NCBI GenBank assembly: GCA_963783905.1
Contig: CAWAPG010000005.1
Span: 2,820-66,819 of the forward strand
Source: an uncultured delta proteobacterium
GTDB taxonomy: Bacteria > Desulfobacterota > Desulfobulbia > Desulfobulbales > BM004
DNA: 64,000 nucleotides
Direction of reading: 5' to 3'
Under the pieces are notes generated by a model that was not told where the DNA came from, made no database searches, and saw only the letters and a list, made by a program, of their open reading frames with translations. Below, piece after piece: positions 26,426 through 36,344 of the stretch (the first letter of the stretch is position 1; each line of letters opens with the position of its first letter). Position numbers and translations under genes: made by a program.

Positions 26426-27085
26426 ATGTTTACCGGTATAATTCTGGGCAAGGGTACGGTTGTTGAGAAACAATCTGCAGGCAGCGGCATGACCATGGGC
26501 CTTGAGGCGGATTTTGAACTCAGCGATGCAGCAGAGGGTGAGTCCATTGCCGTGAACGGCGTCTGTCTGACCGCCAGAAATATCGGCCTCAGAAAATTTA
26601 CCGTGGACGTATCTCCCGAGAGCCTGACCCGCACCAACCTCGGCAGGCTGTCCGTGGGAAGCAGGGTGAATCTGGAAAGGGCTCTGCGTCTAAGCGACCG
26701 GCTGGGGGGGCACATGGTCAGCGGCCATGTGGATGCAGTGTCCAAAGTTCTGGAACGGCGGCGGGTGGGAGACTTTGTCCAGTTCCGCTTTGCGGTACCA
26801 ACCGGGCTGGGAAAGTATATAATAGAAAAGGGTTCCATTGCCGTCGATGGTACCAGCCTGACCGTCAACAGCTGTGATGCTGAAACATTTTCCATCGTCG
26901 TGATTCCCCACACGCTGGAAGTAACGCTTTTAGGAACACGCCGGGAAGGCGACCCGGTTAATATTGAGGTTGACCTGATCGGCAAGTATGTGGAAAAATT
27001 GCTGCAGGCCGAGCCCGACGGCCGGGAAAAATCAGGCGGCGGGATCAATCCCGAGTTTCTGGCCAACCACGGGTTCATGAAATAA
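26426..27085 (+). CDS. ribE: Riboflavin synthase (alpha chain)
   Basis: MFTGIILGKGTVVEK...GESIAVNGVCLT...GSIAVDGTSLTV shows the duplicated lumazine-binding repeat. ATG 26426 was chosen inside ORF 26384..27085. Confidence 0.92.
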   Translation: MFTGIILGKGTVVEKQSAGSGMTMGLEADFELSDAAEGESIAVNGVCLTARNIGLRKFTVDVSPESLTRTNLGRLSVGSRVNLERALRLSDRLGGHMVSGHVDAVSKVLERRRVGDFVQFRFAVPTGLGKYIIEKGSIAVDGTSLTVNSCDAETFSIVVIPHTLEVTLLGTRREGDPVNIEVDLIGKYVEKLLQAEPDGREKSGGGINPEFLANHGFMK

Positions 27086-27129
27086 TTGCAGGGATATGCA
27101 TCCCTGCCCATGATAAATGGTACGGATTT

Positions 27130-28353
27130 ATGGCAGTCTCCAGAATTGAAGAGGTAATTGAAGATATCCGGGCCGGCAGGATGATCATCCTGGTGGATGA
27201 CGAGGACCGGGAAAATGAAGGTGATCTGTGCATGGCCGCGGAGGCGGTCACCCCGGAAGCTATCAACTTCATGGCCAGGTACGGCCGTGGTCTTATCTGT
27301 CTGACCCTTAATCGGGCCCAGGTAAAAAAGTTGAACCTGCCCATGATGGTTGAGAAAAACAAATCCCCCTTTGAAACCGGTTTCACCATCAGCATTGAGG
27401 CGAGAACCGGAGTGACCACCGGTATATCGGCAGCGGACAGGGCCCGGACGATCCAGGTAGCGGTGAGCCGGGACGCCAGGCCTGAAGATATTGTCAGCCC
27501 GGGGCATATTTTCCCATTGCGGGCCCGGCGGGGCGGTGTTCTTGAACGCACGGGCCAGACGGAAGGTTCGGTTGACCTGGCGCGGCTGGCCGGCATGATG
27601 CCCGCCGGAGTTATCTGCGAAATAATGAAGGATGACGGCACCATGGCCCGCATGCCCGACCTGGAGAAATTCGCCGCTGAGCACAATATGAAGATAGCCA
27701 CCATTGCCGATCTTGTCGCCTACCGCCTGCGGCGTGACACTCTGGTGCACCGCGCTGTTGAAGCCCGTCTTCCCTCGCATTTCGGAGGCGAATTCAAGGC
27801 CATAGTATATACCAATGATGTTGACAAGCATGAACATCTTGCCCTGGTCCGGGGGGTGATCGATCCGGACGAGGAAATCATGGTGCGCGTCCATTCCGAA
27901 TGCCTTACCGGCGATGTATTCGGTTCCGACCGCTGTGATTGCGGCGCCCAGCTGCAGGAGGCCATGGGTATGGTTTCCGAGGCAGGGACCGGGGTAATTC
28001 TTTACATGCGGCAGGAAGGCCGCGGCATCGGTCTGATCAATAAGCTCAAAGCCTATGCCTTGCAGGATAATGAAGGGCTTGATACAGTAGATGCCAACCA
28101 GGCTCTGGGGTTTAAGCCGGATTTGCGGGACTACGGCATCGGGGCCCAGATCTTACGTGACCTGGGCGTGCGCAAGATGTGCCTGCTCACCAATAATCCC
28201 AAGAAGATTGTCGGGCTTGAAGGCTATGATTTGGAAGTAACCAGACGGCTGCCCATCGAGATAAAGCCGGTGGCGGGGAACATTTCGTATCTGAAGTGTA
28301 AAAGGGACAAGATGGGGCATCTTTTGAACCTGCCGGAAAACACCGAGTTATAA
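27130..28353 (+). CDS. ribBA: Bifunctional 3,4-dihydroxy-2-butanone-4-phosphate synthase / GTP cyclohydrolase II
   Basis: The DHBP synthase part reads DDEDRENEGDL...RTGQTEGSVDLARLAG. The GCH II part reads VRVHSECLTGDVFGSDRCDCGAQL...LYMRQEGRGIGL. Confidence 0.93.
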   Translation: MAVSRIEEVIEDIRAGRMIILVDDEDRENEGDLCMAAEAVTPEAINFMARYGRGLICLTLNRAQVKKLNLPMMVEKNKSPFETGFTISIEARTGVTTGISAADRARTIQVAVSRDARPEDIVSPGHIFPLRARRGGVLERTGQTEGSVDLARLAGMMPAGVICEIMKDDGTMARMPDLEKFAAEHNMKIATIADLVAYRLRRDTLVHRAVEARLPSHFGGEFKAIVYTNDVDKHEHLALVRGVIDPDEEIMVRVHSECLTGDVFGSDRCDCGAQLQEAMGMVSEAGTGVILYMRQEGRGIGLINKLKAYALQDNEGLDTVDANQALGFKPDLRDYGIGAQILRDLGVRKMCLLTNNPKKIVGLEGYDLEVTRRLPIEIKPVAGNISYLKCKRDKMGHLLNLPENTEL

Positions 28354-28482
28354 GATAAACTGGTTCGTAAGTGTTCTCAGGTATGGTTGATTTCCGCGCC
28401 GGATGAACAATTCTTTTAAATATACAGGTATATGCAGTGCTTGCGATGTTGACTGCCAGCGAATGGACAAGGAGAAGAATTG

Positions 28483-28947
28483 ATGGCGACTTATATTGAA
28501 GGAGATCTGCAGGCAACAGGGAAGAAGTTTGGCATAATCGTTTCCCGGTTCAATTCGTTTGTTTCGGAAAGGCTGCTTGAGGGGGCGCTGGACACCCTGC
28601 TCAGATCCGGGGCTGAAGATGAGGCGATCGACGTGGTCCGGGTGCCGGGCGCTTTTGAAATACCGCTGATGGCCCAGAGAATGGCAAAATCAGGCAATTA
28701 TGACGCAATCATCTGTCTGGGCGCAGTTATTCGCGGCGCCACCTCCCATTATGACCTGGTTGCCAATGAGGCGGCCAAGGGTATTGCCGGGGTAGGTCTT
28801 GATTCGGGAGTTCCGACAATATTCGGGGTCCTTACGACCGATACCATTGAACAGGCCATTGAAAGGGCGGGTTCCAAGGCCGGTAACAAGGGATGTGATG
28901 CCGCCCTTGCCGCCATTGAGATGATAAACCTGTTGGTCCAGATCTAA
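28483..28947 (+). CDS. ribH: 6,7-dimethyl-8-ribityllumazine synthase
   Basis: [20 protein letters not shown]...VPGAFEIP...[18 protein letters not shown] 28483 follows the RBS AGGAG. Confidence 0.93.
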   Translation: MATYIEGDLQATGKKFGIIVSRFNSFVSERLLEGALDTLLRSGAEDEAIDVVRVPGAFEIPLMAQRMAKSGNYDAIICLGAVIRGATSHYDLVANEAAKGIAGVGLDSGVPTIFGVLTTDTIEQAIERAGSKAGNKGCDAALAAIEMINLLVQI

Positions 28948-28968
28948 GCGTAAAAATCGGCACCATCC

Positions 28969-29403
28969 ATGGGAACCAGGCGGAAATCCAGGGAACTTGC
29001 CCTGCAGGCTCTGTATCAGGGGGAATTGTCCGGGGATGCCGGAATTCTGGATTTCGCAGAATTCTGTGCCCATTTCCAGGTAAACAAGAAAGCCATTCCC
29101 TACGCCAGAAAGCTCCTGGACGGTGTGCAGGAGAAGAAGGAAGAAATCAACGGGTTGATCAGCAGGTATGCGGAGAACTGGCGTCTGGAGAGGATGTCGG
29201 TGATTGACCGCAATATCCTGCGTCTTGCCGTCTTTGAACTGCACTTTCAGGATGATGTTCCAACCAGGGTGGCGATCAATGAAGCGGTTGAGATTGCCAA
29301 GCGGTTTGCAACCGATGATTCCGGTCCCTTTATCAACGGCATCCTTGATACCATGGTCAAGACGGAAAACCACGATGCCGGGAAAAAAGAAAATACCATA
29401 TGA
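28969..29403 (+). CDS. nusB: Transcription antitermination factor NusB
   Basis: RRKSRELALQALYQ...DRNILRLAVFEL...INEAVEIAKRF...FINGILD. The gene sits in the conserved position after ribH. Confidence 0.92.
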   Translation: MGTRRKSRELALQALYQGELSGDAGILDFAEFCAHFQVNKKAIPYARKLLDGVQEKKEEINGLISRYAENWRLERMSVIDRNILRLAVFELHFQDDVPTRVAINEAVEIAKRFATDDSGPFINGILDTMVKTENHDAGKKENTI

Positions 29404-29545
29404 CCGCCAACCTGCAGAGGTGACGGACTGTTTTTGCCGGTATCGGAAAAAGCGATTGCGGGCAGGTGTTGCAGCCGTAATATATGGTAATAATTTCAGG
29501 CCCCGTTGCTGTTAACGAAACTTTTTACCTTTGCACCTTTATTGC

Positions 29546-31690
29546 ATGGCAAAAAAAAATAACAAGCCGGATGGACCAAGTTTTGGCCAGGAAGCAATAG
29601 CCGTTACCGGGCTTTTTGCCGCTGTCTTTCTGTTTTTGTGTCTGGTAAGCTATTCGCTGCCCATATTAAACGCAGCCTCGTATACGGCGGCATCCAACTG
29701 GTGCGGCACCGTCGGTCATTTCATCGCCTGGGGGCTCATGTCCCTGCTCGGCATCAGTTCCTTCTGGTTTGTCATCCTGCTGATTTTCTTCTCGGTGCAG
29801 TTTTTCTCCAGCAGTTCAGATTTTGCCAGGCTGCCCCTGATCTTTCTGGGCAGTGTCGGCATCCTGATCGCCAGCTGCAGCCTGTTGGGGATACTGTATC
29901 CCGATGCCGGAGACTTTATCGCCATCTTTAACCAATATTATCCTGCGGGCGGCATGGCCGGTACCAAGCTGGCGCATTTTCTCAAATTCTATCTGGGTAC
30001 TCCCGGGGCCCTTCTGCTGCTCATGCTGGTACTAGTTTTCTCCCTCATGCTGGCTGTGCGTTTTTCACCATACTTTGTGGGTAAAAAACTCCTGCGCGCC
30101 GCCTACGGCCGCATCGGTGAAAGTTATTCCCGGAAAAACGGAGCCAGGGAAAAGAAAGAAAAAGCTGCCAGAGAGGCACCCCGGGCGCCGGTGATATCCA
30201 CCGCCGTACCAAGCGTGAACGAGCCGGCGAAGATGGCGGAGGCCCGGGAAGAGGAAGAAGAGGATTTCCAGGTAATTCCTGTCTCCGCAGGCGAATACCG
30301 CCTGCCCGGCATCGGTTTGCTGGACAAGATGGATGCCGCGGACAACGAGGTTGACCTGGAGCATTATTATGAGGTCAGCAAAAAGCTTGAGGATAAGCTG
30401 AGTGATTTCGGCATCGCGGGCAAGGTCGAAGGCATCTCCCCGGGTCCGGTGGTCACCACCTATGAGTTTGCCCCGGCGCCGGGCATTAAGATAACCCGCA
30501 TCGTATCCCTGGCGGATGACCTGGCCATGGGGCTGAAGGCGGAAAGTGTCAGGATTGTGGGTTCCATCCCCGGCAAGGCCGCCCTCGGCATTGAGATCCC
30601 GAATCCGAAGCGGGAGATCGTCTATATCAGGGATATTATCTCCAGTGAGATATTTAAGAACTCGAATGCCAAGTTGACCATCGGCCTGGGCAAGGATGTC
30701 GTGGGCCAGCCGGTGGTTGCCGACCTGGCCAAAATGCCCCATCTGCTGATTGCCGGTGCCACCGGTTCCGGCAAGAGTGTGGGCATCAACGCCATTATCT
30801 GCTCCATCCTGTTCAAGTCCACCCCCGATGAAGTGCGTTTTCTGCTCATCGATCCCAAGCGCATAGAGCTCTCCGGCTACGAGGATATTCCCCACCTGCT
30901 GCATCCAGTGGTGGTTGATCCGAAAATGGCCAACCGGGCCCTGCAGTGGGCGGTGCGTGAAATGGAGCGCCGCTACATATTGCTTGACGAAATGCGGGTC
31001 AAGAGTTTTGCCTCGTATAACAAGGTGGCGGAAGAAAAGCTGCCGCTCATTGTCATCGTGGTTGACGAGCTGGCGGACCTGATGATGGTTTCCTCCCGGG
31101 AGGTCGAGGAATCCATTGCCCGCCTGGCGCAGATGGCCAGGGCGGCCGGCATGCATCTTATACTGGCAACCCAGAGACCGTCGGTTGATGTGCTCACCGG
31201 CCTGATCAAGGCGAATTTTCCCACCAGGATTTCCTTCAAGGTATTTTCCAAGGTTGACTCCAGGACAATTCTTGATATGAGCGGCGCCGAACATTTGCTC
31301 GGAGACGGGGACTCCCTGTTCCTGCCGCCGGGCAAGGCCAGAATGCAGCGTATCCACGGCACCTATATCTCCGAAAAGGAAACGGAGCGGGTCATTGAAT
31401 TTCTGAAAGAGCAGGGCACCGCCCGCTATGACGAATCGGTTCTCGAGGCGGTGGAAGAGGAAAACGGCAGTGACAACTCCATAGGCGATGACGAGTATGA
31501 TGAAAAATACGACGAGGCCGTGGCCCTTGTCTGTGAAAGCGGCCAGGCCTCCATCTCCATGGTGCAGAGACGGTTGCGGGTCGGATATAACCGGGCGGCC
31601 CGCATGATCGAGATCATGGAAAAAGAGGGCATTGTCGGGCCGAGCGACGGCTCCAAGCCTCGGGAGGTTCTGGCCCGCAAGAGCTACTGA
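29546..31690 (+). CDS. ftsK: DNA translocase FtsK/SpoIIIE
   Basis: The protein has N-terminal TM helices and a linker. The motor domain carries Walker A AGATGSGKSV, VVDELADLMM and ATQRPSVDV. The C-terminal gamma winged-helix reads ASISMVQRRLRVGYNRAARMIEIME. Confidence 0.92.
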   Translation: MAKKNNKPDGPSFGQEAIAVTGLFAAVFLFLCLVSYSLPILNAASYTAASNWCGTVGHFIAWGLMSLLGISSFWFVILLIFFSVQFFSSSSDFARLPLIFLGSVGILIASCSLLGILYPDAGDFIAIFNQYYPAGGMAGTKLAHFLKFYLGTPGALLLLMLVLVFSLMLAVRFSPYFVGKKLLRAAYGRIGESYSRKNGAREKKEKAAREAPRAPVISTAVPSVNEPAKMAEAREEEEEDFQVIPVSAGEYRLPGIGLLDKMDAADNEVDLEHYYEVSKKLEDKLSDFGIAGKVEGISPGPVVTTYEFAPAPGIKITRIVSLADDLAMGLKAESVRIVGSIPGKAALGIEIPNPKREIVYIRDIISSEIFKNSNAKLTIGLGKDVVGQPVVADLAKMPHLLIAGATGSGKSVGINAIICSILFKSTPDEVRFLLIDPKRIELSGYEDIPHLLHPVVVDPKMANRALQWAVREMERRYILLDEMRVKSFASYNKVAEEKLPLIVIVVDELADLMMVSSREVEESIARLAQMARAAGMHLILATQRPSVDVLTGLIKANFPTRISFKVFSKVDSRTILDMSGAEHLLGDGDSLFLPPGKARMQRIHGTYISEKETERVIEFLKEQGTARYDESVLEAVEEENGSDNSIGDDEYDEKYDEAVALVCESGQASISMVQRRLRVGYNRAARMIEIMEKEGIVGPSDGSKPREVLARKSY

Positions 31691-31963
31691 AAATCAAATT
31701 CTATCGCGGTATTCGGGTATTTTTAGCCGAAGGCGATTTCCGCGCCGGATGGTCATTGGCTTGTCAGCCACCTTCCGCCTGCATCAGCAGAGATATTGAA
31801 CTGAAATCGTCTACGGATTTTAACTGTATCATTCAGAATACTCCGCAACGGATTTGATCACATTTCAATGTTGTTTTTTCCCGATCGGGCATATGTATTT
31901 TCTGAATCGTGACTCATTTTTTATCTTTTTTCCCTGCAAGGCATCAATTAAAAAGTTTTTTTC

Positions 31964-31992
31964 TTGACATTTAATTGGTGACAAATTATACA
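31964..31992 (+). promoter_or_regulatory. Sigma70-type promoter candidate upstream of aprBA
   Basis: TTGACA at 31964-31969, an exact 17-nt spacer, then TATACA at 31987-31992. The site lies about 355 nt upstream of the aprB ATG in an AT-rich spacer. Confidence 0.4.
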
Positions 31993-32347
31993 TCCGTTGT
32001 CGCAAAAAATGAGTGACGGTTCAGTCAGAATTGCTTCCTGAACACTAAGGATAACAGATAGTTAAAAAATTTCATATAGTTGTGTTCAGGTATACCGGTT
32101 TCCTAGCTGCTCCATGATGTTTTGCTGAACCGGGTGAAATGGCAAATTTACTGCCGGCTGCTGAGAGAAAATACATTTTTCCCTTGACGGAAGGACCGGG
32201 GTGAACATTTTTTGTCTGTTATTCAGGCTTGCTCAGCATGAATAATCACAGAGTTAGAGCTGAGACAACCTGAGTTGGTAAAGAGTAATAAACGGGTTTC
32301 GCGCATGCGGAGCCGTAAAGGTAAATCTTTTTGAGGAGGTAAATTTA

Positions 32348-32776
32348 ATGCCAAGCTACGTAGATCCTGAAAAGTGTGATGGTTGTAAAGGCGGTGACAA
32401 AACGGCCTGTATGTACATCTGCCCCAATGACCTGATGGTCTTGCACAAGGAGTCGATGAAGGCCTACAATCAGGAACCGGATGCCTGCTGGGAATGCTAC
32501 TCATGCGTGAAAATCTGTCCGCAGGGTGCTATCTTTGTCCGGGGTTACAGTGACTTCGTCCCCATGGGCGGCCAAGTACATCCCATGAGGAGCTCAGATT
32601 CCATTATGTGGACCGTCAAGTTCCGTAACGGCAACATGAAACGGTTTAAGTTCCCCATCCGGACAACGGCTGAGGGTGCTGCCAATGCCTATCCTGACCT
32701 GAAAGGGGATAACCTGGACGACCAGAGACTTTCCACCGAGAAAGAACTCCCGAGTCCCAGTAAACTGGCGAAATAA
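32348..32776 (+). CDS. aprB: Adenylylsulfate (APS) reductase beta subunit
   Basis: Ferredoxin-type clusters CDGCKGGDKTACMYICP and CWECYSCVKICP are followed by the AprB-specific tail (WTVKFRNGNMKRFKFPIRTT). A strong RBS GAGGAGG is present. Confidence 0.95.
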   Translation: MPSYVDPEKCDGCKGGDKTACMYICPNDLMVLHKESMKAYNQEPDACWECYSCVKICPQGAIFVRGYSDFVPMGGQVHPMRSSDSIMWTVKFRNGNMKRFKFPIRTTAEGAANAYPDLKGDNLDDQRLSTEKELPSPSKLAK

Positions 32777-32820
32777 TTATTCGAGCAAGAAAACTCATAT
32801 AATTTTAAGGAGGAATAAAT

Positions 32821-34836
32821 ATGGCGTTACCTAATAAGCCGTTGGGCGAACTGCCCGCCGTTGCTAATCCCGAAATTGCTGAACATGAGTGTGATATTCT
32901 CCTCGTCGGCGGTGGTATGGCCGCTTGCGGTGCTGCATTTGAAGTGAAGAAATGGGCCCCTGCCGACATGAAAATTCTGCTGGTGGACAAGGCTGCTATG
33001 GAGCGTTCCGGTGCTGTTGCCCAGGGCCTTTCAGCTATCAACACCTATATCGGCGAAAATCCGATTGAAAATTACGTAAAAATGGTGCGCAACGACCTGA
33101 TGGGCGTGGTGCGCGAAGATCTGATTTACGATCTCGGCCGTCACGTTGACGATTCCGTGCATCTCTTCGAGGAATGGGGTCTGCCGGTCTGGAAGGTAGC
33201 TGAAGACGGCTCCAACCTTGACGGTTCCAAGCCCGCTCCGAAACTGACCGAAGGCGGCAAACCGGTCCGTACCGGTAAATGGCAGATCATGATCAACGGC
33301 GAGTCCTACAAGTGCATCGTTGCCGAGCCGGCCAAAGCCGCCCTTGGCGAAGATAACTGCCTGGAGCGCGTTTTTATCGTGAAACTGCTTCTTGACAAAA
33401 ATAAACCGAATACCATTGCCGGTGCAGTAGGTTTCTCAACCCGCGAGAATAAGGTTCATGTTTTCAAATGCAAGGCCATGCTCGTTGCCTGCGGCGGTGC
33501 CGTTAACATCTTCCGGCCGCGTTCAACCGGTGAGGGTAAAGGCCGCGCCTGGTATCCTGTCTGGAATGCCGGTTCCACCTACACCATGTGCGCCCAGGTC
33601 GGTGCGACCCTGACCATGATGGAAAATCGTTTCACGCCGGCCCGTTTTAAAGACGGCTATGGCCCGGTTGGTGCCTGGTTCCTGCTCTTCAAGGCCAAAG
33701 TACAGAATGGCCTTGGCGAATTCTATGCCAACAGCGATGCAGTCAAGGAGGAGCTTGAAAAATTCATGCCCTACGGTGCCTCTGCCGTTACCCCGACCTG
33801 TCTGCGCAACCACCTGATGATCAACGAGCTCAGGGCCGGCCGCGGTCCCATCTACATGGCAACTGACGTTGCCCTGAACGCCTTCATTGATGCAGCACGC
33901 GCTGAAGGCAAAGATGAAAAAGAAGTGAAGAAATTCTGGAAACACCTCGAGTCTGAGGCCTGGGAAGACTTCCTTGATATGTCCGTCGGCCAGGCCGGTC
34001 TCTGGGCTGGTATGAATATCGAGCCCGAGACCGTCGGCTCCGAGATTATGCCCACCGAACCTTACATGCTGGGCTCCCATTCCGGTTGCTGCGGCATCTG
34101 GGTTTCCGGTCCTGATGAGGATTGGGTTCCGACCGTCGACGGCCCACGTTCGCATCAGTACAAGTGGGGATACAACCGTATGACCACGGTCGACGGCCTC
34201 TTTACTGCCGGCGACGGTGTTGGCGCCTCCGGCCATAAGTTTTCCTCCGGTTCCCATGCTGAGGGCCGTATGGCTGCCAAGCAGATGGTCAAGTTCTGTC
34301 GTGATCATGCAGATTTCCAGCCGGAACTGAAGCAGACCGCTCAGGAATTGACCGATGAGATCTATGCCCCGGTCAAGCGCTATCTGGAGCATGTCGGCAA
34401 ATCAACCGCTGCTGACGTCAACCCCAATTACGTCAAGCCTGCCGGCCTGATGATGCGTTTGATGAAAGCCACGGATGAGTATGGCGGCGGTGTTGCCACC
34501 TACTACATGACCTCCGGCCGTCTGCTCAACATCTGCCTGGATCTTTTGGAGATGATGCGTGAAGATGCCGAGCTGATGGCAGCCGGCGACCTGCATGAAC
34601 TTATGAGGGCCTGGGAGAATTATCACCGCATCTGGTGTGTTGAGACCCATATCCGTCATATTGAATTCCGGAAAGAGAGCCGCTACCCAGGTTTCTATTA
34701 CAGGTCTGACTATCCAAGCTGTGATGATGAAAACTGGAAGGTTTTCGTTAACTCCACTTTTGATCCTGAGACCAAAGAGTGGAAGTGCGAAAAGGTCAAT
34801 TGTATTAATATCTTTGAAACCGATCCGTGGCTCTAA
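32821..34836 (+). CDS. aprA: Adenylylsulfate (APS) reductase alpha subunit
   Basis: The FAD-binding N-terminus is DILLVGGGMAACGAAFE. The 671-aa flavoprotein is of the fumarate-reductase family with typical AprA length, and it lies immediately after aprB. Confidence 0.95.
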   Translation: MALPNKPLGELPAVANPEIAEHECDILLVGGGMAACGAAFEVKKWAPADMKILLVDKAAMERSGAVAQGLSAINTYIGENPIENYVKMVRNDLMGVVREDLIYDLGRHVDDSVHLFEEWGLPVWKVAEDGSNLDGSKPAPKLTEGGKPVRTGKWQIMINGESYKCIVAEPAKAALGEDNCLERVFIVKLLLDKNKPNTIAGAVGFSTRENKVHVFKCKAMLVACGGAVNIFRPRSTGEGKGRAWYPVWNAGSTYTMCAQVGATLTMMENRFTPARFKDGYGPVGAWFLLFKAKVQNGLGEFYANSDAVKEELEKFMPYGASAVTPTCLRNHLMINELRAGRGPIYMATDVALNAFIDAARAEGKDEKEVKKFWKHLESEAWEDFLDMSVGQAGLWAGMNIEPETVGSEIMPTEPYMLGSHSGCCGIWVSGPDEDWVPTVDGPRSHQYKWGYNRMTTVDGLFTAGDGVGASGHKFSSGSHAEGRMAAKQMVKFCRDHADFQPELKQTAQELTDEIYAPVKRYLEHVGKSTAADVNPNYVKPAGLMMRLMKATDEYGGGVATYYMTSGRLLNICLDLLEMMREDAELMAAGDLHELMRAWENYHRIWCVETHIRHIEFRKESRYPGFYYRSDYPSCDDENWKVFVNSTFDPETKEWKCEKVNCINIFETDPWL

Positions 34837-34901
34837 TATCTCTTTGAGGATCAGGTTGCCTGTTCACAGGTGATCCCCTTGTAGAGTCCGCAGAAATCGA
34901 A

Positions 34902-34936
34902 TCTCCAGGCACCGGAAAGGTGCCTGGAGATTTTTC
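34902..34936 (+). terminator. Rho-independent terminator/attenuator after aprA
   Basis: A perfect 12-bp stem pairs tctccaggcacc (34902-34913) with ggtgcctggaga (34919-34930) around the loop ggaaa, followed by ttttt. Confidence 0.75.
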
Positions 34937-35082
34937 TATACTCGGGGGTTTTGTTGGTTGCGTTGGTTGAGATGGCTTGAAATTGCTTGACACCATTGCA
35001 AATAGCCTGTAGGAAGCACAAATCGTTTGAACCAAAATAATCAACCCCTGAATTAAGAAAAAAATATGAATGGAGGAATGGC

Positions 35083-36339
35083 ATGACAGACGAACACACA
35101 CCTGTGAGCGGTGGTATTTTAGTCGTTGGCGGCGGGATAAGCGGCCTGACGACAGCGTTGGAAGCCGCTGAGGTAGGGACCGATGTTTTTCTGGTAGAAA
35201 GGAATCCCTATCTGGGCGGCCGGGTAGCGCAGCTGAATCAGTATTTCCCCAAGCTTTGCCCCCCTTCCTGCGGTCTGGAGATTAACTTCAAACGGATCAA
35301 GAACAACCGGAGAATCCGGGTGTATACCATGACCGAGGTGAAAAATGTTTCCGGATCCGCCGGCAGTTATCAGGTAAGCCTGGAAACCAGGCCGCGGTAT
35401 GTGAACAACAACTGCACCTGCTGCAATGCCTGCGCTGAAGTATGTCCCGAGGAGCGCGATAACGCCTTTAATCTGAATATGGATAAGACCAAGGCCATCT
35501 ATAAACCCCACGACATGGCATTCCCCATGAAATATGTCATTGATATGGAGGCCTGCAGCAAATGCGGCAAATGTGTGGAAGCCTGCAATTATGAAGCCAT
35601 TGACCTCGATATGGAAGGAAAAAGCTTTACCCTTGATGTGGCCTCAATTGTCTGGGCAACAGGCTGGAATCCATACGATGCTGAAAAGATGGAGAACCTG
35701 AAGTTCGGTCAGAGCAACGCTATCATTACCAACATGATGATGGAGAGACTGGCCGCGCCAAACGGTCCCACCGAGGGCAAAATCCTGCGGCTCGGCGACA
35801 ATAAAGAGCCGGAAAGTTTTGCCTTTGTCCAGTGTGCCGGTTCCCGCGACGAGAATCATCTTGAATACTGTTCCTACATCTGTTGTATGGCAAGCATGAA
35901 GCAGATTACCTATATCAGGGAGCGGTATCCGGAAGCGAAAATATCGGTGTATTACATTGATCTGCGCACGCCGGGGAAATATGAGAAGTTCCGTGAAAAA
36001 CTGATGGCTGATGAAAAAATTTCATTCATCAAGGGCAAGGTCGCGGATATCATACCTGAAGCGGACGGCGGTGTGACCGTGGTTGCTGAAAATGCTGTAA
36101 CCGGAGAGAAAATTCATGAAAAAGTGGATATGGCAATCCTTGCTACCGGTATGGCGCCTGCCATCCAGGCGGAGGGCGGTGCCCTCGGCCTGCAGATGGA
36201 CAGCAACGGTTTTCTGCTCGGCAATGACGACGGAGGTATGATAGCCGCCGGATGCGCCAAGAAAGCTGCCGACGTTGTTACCAGTAACCAGAGCGCGACT
36301 GCCGCAGCTCTTAAAGCCATTCAAGTGTTGAGGAGGTAG
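35083..36339 (+). CDS. qmoA: Quinone-interacting membrane-bound oxidoreductase subunit A (HdrA-like flavoprotein)
   Basis: The FAD motif is VVGGGISGLTTALEAAE. It is HdrA-like with Cys clusters (CTCCNACAEVCP, CSKCGKCVEACN). The gene order aprBA-qmoABC supports the call. Confidence 0.9.
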   Translation: MTDEHTPVSGGILVVGGGISGLTTALEAAEVGTDVFLVERNPYLGGRVAQLNQYFPKLCPPSCGLEINFKRIKNNRRIRVYTMTEVKNVSGSAGSYQVSLETRPRYVNNNCTCCNACAEVCPEERDNAFNLNMDKTKAIYKPHDMAFPMKYVIDMEACSKCGKCVEACNYEAIDLDMEGKSFTLDVASIVWATGWNPYDAEKMENLKFGQSNAIITNMMMERLAAPNGPTEGKILRLGDNKEPESFAFVQCAGSRDENHLEYCSYICCMASMKQITYIRERYPEAKISVYYIDLRTPGKYEKFREKLMADEKISFIKGKVADIIPEADGGVTVVAENAVTGEKIHEKVDMAILATGMAPAIQAEGGALGLQMDSNGFLLGNDDGGMIAAGCAKKAADVVTSNQSATAAALKAIQVLRR

Positions 36340-36344
36340 GTTCA

